In this document: piece by piece, positions 13,601 through 28,600 of the stretch | Position numbering within the stretch: the stretch's first letter is position 1 | Layout: every line of letters begins with the position of its first letter | Origin: Glaucostegus cemiculus | Taxonomy: Eukaryota | Direction of reading: 5' to 3' | DNA length: 64,000 nt | Assembly (NCBI GenBank): GCA_976551045.1 | Contig: CDPCPM010000471.1 | Location: 2,108,001 to 2,172,000, forward strand | Program-made: the position numbers and the translations under genes | Notes under the pieces: generated by a model | The model's input: the letters and a program-made list of their open reading frames with translations, nothing else | What the model was told of the DNA's origin: nothing | Databases searched by the model: none

Positions 13601-16600
13601 AAAAAGACTGAGTGCATTCACCCTATCTGCGCCCATCATGACTTTATGCACCTCTGTAAGATATAAGGTCACCCTTTAGCCTCCTACGTTCCAAGGAAAA
13701 AAGTCCTAGCCTGTCCAACCTCTCCCTATAACTCAGTCCCTCAAGTCCTGGTACCCTTGTAAATCTTTTCTGCACTCCTTTCAGTTTAATAACATCTTTC
13801 CTATGGCAGGGTGACCTACACTGAACACAGTACTTCTAATGCAGCCTCACCATCATCTTGTACAACCTCCCAACTCCTATACCTAATGCCCTGACCGATG
13901 AAAGCCAGCATGCCAAATGCTTTCTTCACCATCCTGTCTACCTGTGGCTCCACTTTCAGGGAACCATGTACGTGCACTCCAATGCCCCTCTGTTCTATAA
14001 CACTCCCCAGTGCCCTACCATTCACTGTGAAAGTCCTTCCTTGATTTGACTTTCCAAAATGCAACACTTTGCACTTATCTAAATTAACCTCCATTTGCCA
14101 TTCCTCGGCCTAGTTACCCAGCTGATCAAGACACCCCTGTAATTGTCGATAACTACTTTCACTGTCTACGATACCACCTATTTTAGTGTTACCTATTTAA
14201 CCTCTTGATATTTGCTCCCATTTGAATGATTCTTCTTAGAATGGCCAGCTTGTCGCTCCAAGATAGTGAGACTTCAGGCCCACATTCAGTTGAATTATTG
14301 TAACATCCATCTCTGATGACCTGAGCTGTCTCCACTAAAGTGCCTTCCACTCAAATCCTTATTTTAACTTCCTTTGCGGAGATTCTGAGGATATTGTATA
14401 ACACTATGGTCATGATTTCTCTCTTAAAATTTTTATTATACTTCTGGACCAATAAACTGGTCAGAAAGATAGCAAATGAATATAGAAAGAGAAAGCAGAG
14501 TTTAATCAGAAGTGTGGGGTTAGGGGGAGAGGAGTAGTCAAGGGAAGGGAAGACACAATAATTGGTGGTTACTGAGAAGAGTAAAGGAATACAGTGCTTA
14601 AGGAGGCACATAGGACACCTTGCATTATTGGAGTACATCCGTACTACACAATACATAAGAACAGGGATCCCATGTTAGAACTACATCAAATACTAGATAG
14701 GACATGATTGGAGTACTACTAAAGAGTTCTGGTCAGTAGGAAGGATCCATTGGCACTGGGGAGAGTGCAGAGGAGGATTACAGGGCTGGACAGTTGTAGC
14801 CATGAGGAGAGAACTGGCCAGGCTAGGACTGACTACTTTAGAGCAGAAGAGGCCCAGGGTAAGCTTAAGCAACACACTTTAGGAGGCTGAGACAGGGGAA
14901 AGAGAAGGATCTATTTTCTTGGTCAGAGAAATAAATAACCAGGAATGGATTTAAGGTTGTGGTGGATTGGAGGGGAGTGATTCAGTTGGCTCTGGAGCTC
15001 ACTGACTAATACAACGGGGGAAGCAAAAACCATCCTGACATTTGCTATGGAGTATTTGGTTGAGCTGTGGAAGTGCAGTGATCTACAGGGCTTTGGACCG
15101 AGAGCTGGGAACTGGGACTAGTCTGGATTGCTCCTTTTCTCGGTCAGCCTGGACACCAAGTGTGAATGCCTCCTTCTGCCCCACTGCAACACGCCCATGA
15201 ATTGTATTTACTCCGGTTATCAAGAGGAAAAAATGTCCTTCTCCCAGCTCTGTTACAGAGTCATAGCGTGATAAGAAGTCATCTGTGACCATTAATCAAC
15301 CATTTACACTAATCTTACATTTATCCCTTTTCTTAAATTCTTCCAATTCTCCAGCTGCACCCCCCCACCCCCCGCAAGATTCTACCCCTCACCCTGGGGG
15401 TATTTACAGTGGCCATTAACCTACTAACCTGCACGCCTTTGGGATGTGGGAGGAAACCAGAGCACTCAGGGGGAACTCACACATCCACAGGGAGAATGTG
15501 CAAACTCCACACAGACAGCACTGGAGGCTGGGTTGGAATCTGGGGTCACTGGTGCTGTGAAGCACCAGCTCTGCTAACTGTGCCACTTTGCCACTGCAGG
15601 AAGCAGGTTGAGTTGCAATCATAACAGGTTTATCCCACAGGAATTAAGAGAGCTTTTAATTAACTCAACTTCTTGGCCTCGACAACCTTCTTTTATCTGA
15701 GTGTCCGAATAGTGAATTAAAACTAAATGTACTTCATTATCAAAGTACTAGATGTTCGTTTGTTCTCACACAGTCCTCTATAGTGCTCAGTCATATGACT
15801 GGCTGTTTGTACTGATCCTGGTCTCCTTATTTCCAGTCTCTGATACATTATCTATCCCCCTGACTTTCATTTGAAAGGTATCAGTGTATTAAAGGCTCCA
15901 TTTACTTCATGAACTAACAAGCATGTTTGTGAACTAGTTTGCATCTCATTGAGGTGCACTGAAGGTAATAAAAGAGCCTCATTGAAACTAATCACAAGTT
16001 AAAGTATTCCTTTCATCTCCCCGAACATGGTCAGCAGGTTTTTCTTGAGTTCTCTTCAACCTTTGCCAAGTTCGTGGAGATTGCTCAAGTGGAGAAACAA
16101 TCAAGTGAGCTTGTAAAGACTTAAAAACACTGAACTGCACTTGAAAACTGGCACTGGCATTTTAATGTGCCCTCTCTCTACTGATCTAATCAAAAACTTT
16201 CAATTCATTCATTTTTTGGCATGTGGATGGGGCAGTCAAGGGCAGTATTCATTGCTAATCTTCACTTGAGAAGGAAGAGGCAGAAAACATTCCTGAATTA
16301 CTGTAGTCCGTGTGTTGAGAGTGTCCTCCCTACTGCACTGTGGGAGGAGCTTCTGGACTTATTTCCAAGCCAAGATGGGGGAAAGCTTGGAGGGGAACTA
16401 GCAGGATGTGGTGTTCCCTGCACTTGTCCTTAGCGGTAGAGGTTGTGCATTTGGGCAGTGCTGTCAGAGGAGCCCGCGGCAAGTAACAACTGTGCATTTT
16501 GTGGATGGTGCACTCTGCAGTGATGGTGCATCAGTAATGGAGGGAGTGATGAATGGGTGTTAAGTGATTGCTTTGCTCTCTGGATGGTGTCAAATTTCCT

Positions 16601-19600
16601 AAAGAGTTTTTGAGCTGCAATCACCCCAGGCAAGTGGCGAGTGTTCCATCCCACTCCTGACGTCTTCCTTGTAGACGGTGGATAAACTCTGGGGAGTCAG
16701 GAGGTGAGTCCCTCGCCACAGGATACTCAGCCCCTGACCTGCTCTTGCAACTGAAACAGGAGTCAAGACAGTGCACTCTTTCAAAAAGATTGAATTTATC
16801 TCCACGCACTGAAATTAGGCCAATGTAATGTCAAATACTGTAAGAATTGACAGGGATTTTACAGAATGAGTCGCTGTCACTCAAAGCCAACTAATGAATA
16901 AAAATAATAATTAATTTTATTTACAATACCGCAGCTGGCCAATCGCACTACGTGTTGGGGAACTGTAATCCTACAGGGATAGTTTGACATCTCACCTCCT
17001 GTTCTTCAGATCTGACACTTTATTTATTCATTCCTTGATGCAGAAGTCACTGACAATGCTGGCATTTAATGCATATCCCTAATTGCCCCTAAACTAAGGA
17101 GACAATTAAGAGTCAACCATGTTGGTGGGTCTGGAATCACTGATGGGCCAGATCAAGTAAGATGGAAGATCTTCTTCCTTCCTTGAAAAGACATGAGTGA
17201 ACCAGATTTTTTTTTGCGATAATCAGGTAGCTTCACAGTTAACACTACAGTGACTAGCAACTGTTTACACATTAGAGCTTTACTTAATTATTTGAATTTA
17301 AATTTCCCAGCTGCTGTGGTGGAACTTGAACTCAAGTCTCAGTGTCAAGGAGAATGTTGGCTGTAGGTCCAGTAATTTAACCAGCTTGCCACTGTGTTTC
17401 CCAGGCTTTGTACTGCAATATAGGGCGGCACGATAGCGTAGTGGTTAGCATGACGCTGTTACAGCACCAGCGATTGGGGTTCAATTCCCGTCGCTGTCTG
17501 TAAGGAGTTTGTACGTTCTCCTGTGTCTGTGTGGGTTTCCTCCCGGTGCTCCGGTTTCCTCCCACATTCTGAAAGACGTACGGGTAGGTTAATTTGGGGG
17601 TTTAAAATGGGCTGTGCGGACTCGTTGGGCCGAAAGGGCCTGTTACCACGCTGTAAATAAAAATTAAAATTAAAAAAATATCAGAGGTTGTCACTGTTGT
17701 AATACAGCAAGTACTTTTTTAAAACCTAATATAAAAACATTTTAATTTTGGGGCTTTCCAGCTGTATTTCATTTTAAATGTAACACATAACTCAGCGGTA
17801 CTGGAAAACACTGACAAGAGGATCTCCACTAATGGTGGATTCCAAGTTCTAAGTGGCTCCTCCTGGAGCAGACAAAACAATGGGCAGCGATACAAGGACT
17901 TTATCGCTCTCTAGCACAGTCCTTCTGCAGTGTAGCAGGGTGCAGTGTCTGCCAAGAAAACCTAATCTCTCATCTCTGAAGGCAGCTGCTGGAGATCTGA
18001 TAGTGTCACTTCAGCACAAAGGATGCTTTGACGAATGATTTTTGGTGCCCACTGGAATGTCCCATTTCAATACGACTTTTGGATTTGATTTGAAGCTCAG
18101 GTGGTTGAAATCTATACACAGTTTAACTTTGAAGTGACAGAGGACATCTCTTGGCTACATACTTTCCCAGACTTGGACAAGCCACAGTGCAGGCCTTGAA
18201 GAGATGGTCAGGTGCTGTACAACAGGAAGACCAGACATATATACACATGGCGAGGACAGACACACATGTTCGATCACCTGGGAGATAAATGTGTATGCAC
18301 ACGTGGTGAATTATTAAGGCAATGAGCTGCAGGCATTGTGCTGATCATAACTGTGAGCAAACTACATATTTTCACTGGAGTGTGTGAGAGATCGAACTGA
18401 TGTAGCCTTGGTAAGGAAGATGAGACAGGAAATGGACCAGAAGTGAAGTCAGACAAGTACATACATGAAGCATCCTTGTAGCTGTTCAAGGAAGTCGGCT
18501 TAAACATACTAACCCTTCACCAGGATAATCCTGATGTCCACAAACCCACTAATCATCCTCACTTGGAAACATGAGAGATGGGAGCTGGGGCAAGTCCTAC
18601 AATCCCTTCAGATGGATCAGCCTTTCAATAAGATGAAGGTAGATCTGATCCCAGCCCCAGTTACATGTCCCTGCCCAAGTCCCACAACACTCGATCTCCC
18701 ATGAACCACAAATCTATCGAGTTTCACGAATACAAGAAGGTAGCAGCTGGCCACTCGGCCCCTCAAACCTATCCCACCATTCTGATCTACCCCAGGCCTC
18801 TTCTGTGCCAGTTCCCCTTAACCCTCAGTTCCTCAATCTTTCAAATGTTTATCTGTCTTTACATATATCTGATGAATCAGCCCCTATCACCCAGGGGCAG
18901 AGAGTTCCAGAGGTTCACTGCCCTCTGACAGAATACATTTCTAGGCACTTATTAATTTCTTCCACCTTAAACATGCACAACTCCCGGGGGGTGGGAATTC
19001 CAGAGATCCACGACCCACTGGGAGATGAAATTCCTCCTCTTCTCAGTCTAACTACCGATAATAAGCCCCACACTTGACATCAGCATGTTGATAATTAAGG
19101 CAAGTGGAACACTTGGTCCTGAGGACAAGTGAATATTAACACTGTGAAGCCCACTACAAGTGCTATTTCTTGTCTTGCAATAACTTTTTAGGCAGATGAA
19201 TACCCAATGTTGCTTGACCTGACACATTAACTGTTTCTCTTTCCACAGATGCTGCCTAACCTGCTGAGTGTTTCCAGCATTTTCTGCTTGTCTTAAGACT
19301 GCTAGGCATTGAGCTGACTACAATATTTTTTAATCTCTAAATGTTACTTACCAGAGGGCAACTTTTGTTAAAAAGAGCTTGCAACCTCAACAACCTGAAT
19401 CCTGAAGCATTTGTCAGAGAAACAAATTTATCTGTTACTTTAAATAAGATCTGGGGCCTGACTGACATTCTGCTAAGCAACTTATCTTAGGATTTCGGTT
19501 AATTACTTCACTTTGACTTCCACTATAATTGGTGAGAGGAAATATTTCTTACTGCATTTGTCTGTCTTGTGTATTTCATCTCCATGTCGGTATTTTATGT

Positions 19601-22600
19601 ACAATATAATGTGATGCCTTCCTGTCGACTTCCTACTGCTGTGGGCAGGTGTAAGCTTGCACCATCGTATCACAAGCTGCATCATTTCTAACAAAGTTCT
19701 GCTTTAAAAGTCATACCTAAAACTACACAAAATGGGACAGGTCTCAATCCAGTGTCTACTGTGTTTGTTTACTCCTGCTCTACAGTCAATGCCCAGCTCT
19801 AAAACCGGCAATCGCAAAAAAATCACCAGGATCCACAGGGGGAAGATTGTGCTTTTGCCGAGGCTGATGATTGGGCATGCTGCCGACATCTGGTAAATGT
19901 TGGAAATACGGTTAATGATCACACATCCATTAATACCGAAAGAACTGCTAAGTTGATGAAGTGCATGAAAACAGGCCAACTTTTCATACAAATGTAACGC
20001 TAACTCTAAATGCACGCTGGTTGACATACACTGTATTATCAGGCAGAACCTGAATCGGTGTCGAGCTTGTGCTGTGCCCAATGTGCGAGTGCAAAAAGTG
20101 TACAAGAAAAAGTGCATTAGCTCAGTGTATGTGCCAATACGCCAGCGGGTGTTTCAGGTAATCACATCTCCCAACTACCTTGTACACCAGCACAGTGACT
20201 TCCACCAAATATCCATGTCCAACTTCCTGAGCAGCAATAAGTAATGGAGGGGGAATTGCCCCATGCCCAGTTCCTTTCTACCTCAGTCTGACAGGCACTG
20301 GGTAGATCTGGACTTTTGTGAGTGCTAAAATGGGTTTCAGTGAAATGACCGACTGGTTCATCGTTTGGGATTATGGATAAAGATTGGCAGATGAAGCTGG
20401 AAGCGTAGGGATTTATGAAAATGTACCAGCAGTTGTTAGAAGCACTGTGAGGGCAAATGAACTGGGGACAGAATTATTTTAGTCATTGCTATGTTCATTG
20501 TGTGACTGAATTGGCAAAATGGTCCATTCATGTGGGGTGGCTTCTGCCTGAGCCTGTGATCAAAACAGGAAGAGAACAGATCACTTGGGGAGATGTGATG
20601 TAGGAGGTTGTCTGCAGTTACGTGTAGATTACCATCATCATGTACAGCCCCATTTTTTGCTTCAGGTGCCTCCTGCCCCTCTCTCTCGATCAGTTACAGA
20701 AAGCACCACAGCATCTCCCAGACACGTACACATCAACAACAATGACAAGTGTACAACACAGACAGGAAAACACCAGACGCAACAGAGGTTTCACATTGTA
20801 CAGTGGGCAGCTTAATTTTTTTTAAGAGCCTGAATCCCACTTTAGTTGATGGTGGTTTGTTTCCTCAGAGTTGGTACAGTAGTGTCAGGTGTACTGACTG
20901 CACCACTGTCATCACATGAACTCTACCTGCCTTCCCAAACCAGTGGATAAACCTGGGGTGAATTACGAGAGAAGAATCAGCAAGATGGAGGAAGCTGTAA
21001 CTGTAATTTCCCATTGGGAAATTAATGTGATCGGTTCCAACACTGTTTTTATCCTGTTCCCTGAACTTAACTCTCCATTGAGTTCACTGGAGAGGAACAC
21101 AGAGCACAAGAGAGAGCTGGTGTCCAGTGGGTGAGGCTACAACAACTCTCAAAGCTTCTGCTTTCATTGGTCAACTTCCCGAAGTCTAGAAGAACCCTTC
21201 ACATGTTTAGGTGACTTTGAGAGGAAGTGGTACTGAAACATTTGGAGGTTGGTTGTAATTGCTTACGTTGGTTGTAATTCCCTCTACATTGTAGAGACCA
21301 TCCTCTGACCTTCAGATAACATACAGGGGTTTACCCCTCCAGCTGTTATCAGGCTTTGGACATCACTTGGGGTACATCAACCTTTCTGGTTTGGATGCAA
21401 TCACTGTCTGACTGGCAGTCACATCCACAATGTGAAGCAGTCTGTATCCCAAGGGAATGCCTTTCACCTGATCTAAGACAGGGAATTTTCCTCTTGCACC
21501 CGAAATTGTAGACATTTTCTAAAGGAAAGATTGGTTGGCTTCAAGTCACAGGGGAAGTTTCTCCTTGTAGAGAATATTTGTAAAATGACTGGATGAGTGG
21601 GTGATGGGACTCTGCTGAGGAAATACTTTACAACCAATAACAGAACCGAACATATTCATTCAAAATAAAACCAGAGGGGATAAGTGGGACCTGTGGGGGA
21701 GGGGGAGAGGGTTTGGGGAAGGAAGGAGTTGAGAAAACAAGCAGAAATAAATTGTTTCACTTTTATGATATTATTCTGTTTAACAGCATGGTGATAATAC
21801 TGTAGCAATAACATATAAGTAGCTGTATTTCTGTAACATTAATCACTTTTTTTTTGTCTTTTTCACATTGACATCTTACAAAAGTGGGAAGACCAGGTAA
21901 TGAAGGATTTTCCTGGACCTATTTTGGATCCAAAAACTAAATGAGTAGCGGGTGAAGTTGGCAGATACAATTGGCACACAGACAAGTTGCAGGTAAAAGG
22001 AGATCTCTATAATTGACATGCTAACAGATAACTCAGTCCTTGTTAACCACGTGTCGGTGATGCATTAGTGATGACATCTCATTGCAGTGTCTACAAGCAA
22101 TGTTGGATCTTACACACTTGTCACCAAAGGGTTTTTATGGCTGTTTCTGCTGACGTTATTCCAATGAAATGATGGTCAAGGAATGGAGAGCAACCCAGGC
22201 ATTTAGTTCCTCAGAACACCATTATACTGAAGTAAGGACACAGGATTTTCATTTATGACAAATATACTGTAGGTGAAATGCATCTATGGAGCTGTGTTCA
22301 TTTAAAGAGTCACATTGGCGATGTGCTCCATCATTTCAAAGGAAATTATCAGCTCCATCGACATAATTAATTTAAAGCATTATTCTGCTAGTTAGAGGAA
22401 GATCATTCACTGTGATCTTAATTAAACCAATTACTGCTCGGGGGTCAGCCAAAGGAACTGAATGACAATCTAATGAAGTGCGATGGATGAAAGATAATGT
22501 TACCTTAAAGGATTCAAAAAATCCTCCTCCTCCACTTCCTCCATTCTCAATCTTTTCATCCTCATTGACTAGCCCCATCATGGCCTGGCTGTTTACATGG

Positions 22601-25600
22601 AGCTCTTCATAGAGGGTCTCCAGTAGGGCTGACCTTGTCCGCTCCTTTGTCACCGCATCGCACAGAAGTAGGAAAGCAAATAAAACAGGGTTAAATTAAG
22701 CTGCAACCAGTCCAAGGTCTGCACCAGTGATCCTAGCAATCTGCATTATCCACTGGGACTCTCCCTAGGCTACACTGGGCTCAGAGATGCCTTGGTGTGT
22801 GTTCAGGCAAATCCATGACACGTTTCCATATGCTTGGATGTACATAATGGACAGATAGGTCAGGCAGAAGATACAAAAGCTTGAAAACACGTACCACCAA
22901 GCTCAAGGACAGCTTCTATCTCACTGTTATAAGGCTCTTGAACAGACCTCTTGTACATTAAAGATGAACTCTTGACGTCACAATCAACCTTGCTATGACC
23001 TTGCACCTTTTTGTCTGCCTGAACTGCACTTTCTCTGTAGCTGTAACACTTTATTCTGCATTCTGTTATTCCCTTTCTCTTTGTAATACCTCAAAGTACT
23101 TATGTTTTGAAATGATTTGCATGGATGGCTTGCAAAACTAAGTTTTTCATTATATCTTGGTACACATGACAATAATAAATCAATTCCAAAATTATTTTGG
23201 AATTTTTGTTGACCCATTTTGGCTGGTTTGACCATCACGTTACACTGACCAGCAGCATGTCATCCGTTAATCTAATGAGCTGTATTCACCTCTGTAGTTA
23301 AATATAAATGTGGTCACTGTAGCCACGTGAGCCATGCTATCTTCTCACAGCTCCCATCAGGCATGAGGTACATAAAGCCCAAAGTCCCACACCACCAGGT
23401 TCAGGAACAGCTACTTCCCCTCAACCATTCAGTTCTTGAGCCAACCGGCACAATCCTAATCACTGCCTCATTATAGTAACACTGTGATTACTTTGCACTA
23501 CAATGAACTAATTTTGTTGCTTCTTGTATAATTCTGTATAATTATTGTTTTACTTATGAATGTTGTGTCTCTGATGCTGTGATTCTGCTGCAAGTTTTCC
23601 ATTGCACCTGTGCACATGTGGACCTGTGCATTTGACAATAAACTCAACTTTGTCTTCAAGGACCTGGTTCCCATCAGACACACCACTAATGCACCAATAG
23701 TTCAGGTTAGTTCTCTGCTCAAATTAGACTTCACATGAGGTGCAATTAAAATAATATGGATTTCCTACGTCGGAATCTCCTACCTCACTACAGTCACTCA
23801 AGAATGAGTATGGTCTTAAATTTGTGCATAGCAAAGGCAGTGACAGTCAACTGAATGAGGATGGTGGGGTTCCAATCTTACTGCAGAAACTTGAGTACGA
23901 AATCCAGGTCAGCCCCTAGCTCAGGACTGGGGGCAAGTATTGTCAGCTGGGGGTTAAATCTGAGGCCCCTCTGCCCCTGTGAAGGGTTTCACTGCTTTGG
24001 AATCATCTCTGGTGTCTTGGCTAATTCCTCTCCATGAATCTGCATCTTTTAGACAAATTATCAGGTTGCTGTCACGTCACTGCTTATGGGAGCTTGTTGT
24101 GCACAAGTTAGCTGTGATGCTTCACAACCTACAACATTCCCCAGACTTCACTGACTGTGAAGGGATCACAGCATTCATAACTTCTGTTTTTTAAAGTGCA
24201 GATGATTTCAAATAAATTAAAAGTGACAAATCTATAACATTAATTTTAAAGACAATATAAAATAATTAGTGAAGTTTAGAGACTTCACTATTCACTCTCA
24301 AAGTACCAGCTGCTATTATTATTAGCAAACATTGAGTCCCATATTTTGAATAAACTAAAGTACATTTTTATTGAAGCAAATACCAGCAAAGAATTGAAAC
24401 CAATAATATTCCAAATCGAGAATACATAGCGAGTGGACCAGAGACAGTTATTGATTGAGTCACAGAGAGATACAGCATGGCAAAGGACCTTCGGCCCTCT
24501 GAGTCCATGCCCACCATCAACCACCCATTTATACTAATTCTATATTAATTCAATTTCTTATTCTCCCCACATTCCCATCAACTCCCACCAGATTTTACCC
24601 CCCACCTACAAACTAGGGGCAACTTAAGTGACCAATTAACTTACTGACCCATGTCCTTGGGACGTGAGAGGAATCCGGAGCGCCCGGAGGAAAGCCATGC
24701 GGTCACAGGGAGAATGAGCAAACTCCACACTGACAGTGCCCGAGGTCGGTATTGAACCCGGGTTTCTGGTGCTGTGAGGCAGTGGCTCTGCCCGCGGCGC
24801 CACATATATCAATTGGTTATTTTGGTTTCCTGTGGTTCACCTTGAAATGATTATTTATTTCAGGTTAGCTTTCCATATCAAGGGTAATTGATCTAGTGAC
24901 AAAGCTGAACCTGCAGTTGTCGATAATAATTCAATAACTCAGTACATGAGAGAAAAGGTTTCCCCAGAGTTGACATCAGGAGACTCCAGGTCTGGGACAC
25001 TCCTCAAATTTGCCAAGAATTTCTGACATCACAGACACATAGGAAATTAAAACTTTCACCATCTTATCCCCCAACCAGCAGCAAGGACCCTCAGGGCAGA
25101 ACAATTTTAGATCAACCTTTGTTCCCATCTGGTTCAGACCCACATGAGACATACTTCACACCTCAGCCTCTGAGCTGGCAGGTTTAATGCAGGTTTAGTT
25201 TTGATCTCTAGACTGGATGAGCTGTACTTGCATTATGCAACATGAGCTTTATTGATAAAACCTCCCTGATTGTTTCACTCTACCTCCCACGAACAGTCCC
25301 AATCTCTTTGTTTTACTTTTATGCCCAGAAAGCCATTTGATGCGGTATGGAAGATCTATCCTGTTAGCTCCACTTCCTACGCCAGAGCCTATCAATCATT
25401 TCTTTTCAAATATATATCTAATCTTGTCTTTTAAAAATTACCTCTGCATAATCTACAGAAGGGCAGATGATTTATCTTTCAACTTCAAATGAATATTTAA
25501 AAGTATAACAACAATTAAGGTCCAATAAACTATTTTGCATTATAACTCATGCATCCAGCTCACATTTCCAAAGCACATTGATGTACATTATGTGCTGAAG

Positions 25601-28600
25601 GAATTATGAAAAATTCATATCTTACCTCTAACTTAGCAAACTTTTCTGCCTTGTAGCAAGCGTATTCTGCATTAATGAGCTTTGTGAGCAAGAACTCCTG
25701 AAATTCAGGACCCTGGCAAAATATGGACAAATACATAGCTTAGCACAGCTGGAATTCAGAAGAAGCTGAAAGGGAAACAGATGGGTCTTGCTATGCAAAA
25801 AAAAACACAATGTTCTGATTTTCTTCACAAAATATATGATAATAATCTCTAATTATTCTCTTCAGAAGTTTTGACTGAAGAATCTAAGAGTATATAAAAT
25901 CCACTGTGGTTTCATTAACTCACAGAAACAGCTTGTGCTGATGACTGAGCTGTGATGTTTCCTCTGCACCTGTCTCATCCCCCATATTGTTATAGAGTCA
26001 TAGATTCACACAGCATGTGGACAGGCCTTTCAGCCCATCGATTCCGTACTGACCATCAAAACCCTATTTTCATTAATCCCACACCCATCCCATTATTATT
26101 CCCCCCACATTCCCATTAGCTCCCCCGAGATTCCACCTCTCACCTACATGTGAAGGGCAATTTACAGTGGCCAACTTGCACATCTTTGGAAAGAAACCAG
26201 AGCACCCAGGGAAAAACCCACGCAATAACTGGAATAACATGTAAATTCCACACAGACATCACTGGAGGTCAGGATCAAACCCGGGTCGCTGGAGCCTTGA
26301 GGCAGCAGCTGGCCTGTCTCCACCATCGTGCCACAACCAAGTGTTATGGGGTTTGCCGTGAAGCATTCCTGGGATTGGTGGGAGGGCCACAGAAATATGG
26401 GGAGCCAAGTGCAGAGAAGTAAAAAGCGAGCTAATAATTCATCATCATTGTACTCAGGGAAATACTCTGCACTATCAACATACAGCAGTTATTGGATGCT
26501 CCGGATTTTGGGTAGTAGTTCTTAGCACATTAAGATATAAAAGCCAGTTCAAGTGTCATTCCATCCAGTTTGCAGTCTGACCTTGCATCAAACAAGGATT
26601 GGCTCAGTGGCCAATAGTCCCTTCTTGCCCAGTTTGTTCCCGTCCTGTCTCCAGGGGATGACAGTATTCAGCAAGTCAAGTCACAGTTGTGATGTGTTAA
26701 CAAAAAGTTAAGCAATTTGCTTGGTTAGAAAATTAAACAGCTAACTCCACCCAACCAAGGCTTGTCGAACCTGATCCAAGCCCATGGACTGGTATCTATT
26801 CCCAAAATCGAGCCAACTCGAAGTAGTTTGCAGAAAAGCAGACCCATATGGTCAGGTAGAATCAGTCTCAGGTTTACTCTAACTTTTAATTTTAAATGCA
26901 TTGGACATTGAGGGCTATGTTGTCAGTTGGCAGTACCTAAGCACTCACCTATCATTGTACAATCCCACTGCTGCTCTGTGTTAACATCACAATATACATT
27001 ATTTCTTGCACAAACCTACCACATGTCTACACACAATTACGTTCTTTACCTTTGGATTCCAACATGGAAAAAGTAAATTAATTGCAAATAAAAGGTACCG
27101 ATTAAACAGCCAGTTGTTCCAACACACTGGTGCACTGTGAAATTTCAAGGTCAAAGCAGTCAAGAAATACAAATTACCTTTTTGAAGACGGCTGGGTCAG
27201 GAAGTGTTGGGCCAAAAAATGGCACGTCGTCTCTCGCAGTGACAGAGACCTGGCAAACCGAGAGACAGGTGGGAGAGGTTAGGGAGAGATAATTGTGTGA
27301 ATTGACTTGCAGTGAGACATTGGACAGCCTCAAAATCAAGGGTGTCCTGAAGGGTATCTTGTCTTGTGGTGACTCAACATATGAGCAAAGTCAAAAAGAG
27401 TAAGATTTCCGGCATCAGGAGCATTTGCCTTCCAGAGATTGAATCACAGGTAATCCCTCACTCTCCAGTACTTTTCACCTCTTTGTAACACAGGGTGTGC
27501 ACTCAAGCCCAACTTAGCTTCTTTCTCTTGCTGCACTATTGACCATTTGGGGCCTAAATGCTGGGATTTGGAGTATTTTGCAGACAGCATTGGTGATCTC
27601 TGCCTGGAAGTGTTTGCTGTAGATAAGACTAGGTCCCAGAATCATATTGGAGAACAGGGATCACTGCTGAGATATGGGAATGATTTCCAGGGTCTGGTTG
27701 TGAATCGTTATTGTCGGTGGGTGGTGTTGAACAGCAGGGGCATGTTGTCAGGCCTACTCTTGTGGACACATGTAGGCAGCTCCCAGTCTCCACCCAGTGA
27801 ATAGGGTGGAGACTGCTGCTTGTTCCAGACTCATCACCTGCAGCCAATTTAACTCCAGTTCTCATCCGCAGTCCTTGTTCACTCATTGAATCAGCCAGCC
27901 CCAACCAGTTGCTCACAGTTTTACTCTCCCTCCCTAAGGTCACCTTGTTGACTGCGGTGTTTAGTTTCTGTTCTCTCCCGCTTTGGGGCCCCTTGTGGCC
28001 TGTTATTTTGCGGTCTATTATTAAAGCCATCAATCACTGCTAAATTGTCTCCGCTGCTCTGCTTTTGGGTCAAACCTCCTCCACAGCCGTGACACATGTT
28101 GGTAGAGGGCTTTTATCTTGCAGAAGATGCAACCAAGACCCATCCCCCTATGTGCTTCAGTGACGGCTTGGATGTCGAGTTCCAAGCCCTCCATAATTAC
28201 CCCTGAACCAAGCAGCTTGTTGGCCCACTTCAACCACATTGGTGGGTCAGGAGTCACAAACAGGCCAGACTGGGTGAGGACAACAGACTTCCCTCCCTCA
28301 GGTATCACATACAGGCCAGACTGGGTGAGGACATTCCCAGGACATTAGTAAGCCAGATGCATTTTTACAGCAATCTGGTACCATTTTAGATTTCACCTTT
28401 TTATTATAGATTTACTTAATGACTTGAATTTAATTTCTTCAGTTGCCACGGTGGGATTAGAACTCACGTCACCAGATCAATGGTACAGGTTCAGTAGTTA
28501 ACCACCATGATCCCACAGCCAAACATTAATCCCGCGTGCAAAGCATCTGGCCATCAGCAATAAACAGAGACCGTAACTAGAGACTGCACTTACCTTGTAC

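Noticed and set aside
17423-17500. tRNA-like A and B boxes as a tRNA gene
   Set aside because: Head of a multi-copy SINE; continues into the V core with no proper cloverleaf end or terminator.
28260-28333. Direct repeat ACAGGCCAGACTGGGTGAGGACA x2
   Set aside because: Local duplication inside an old interspersed repeat; only two units, not a CRISPR-like array.
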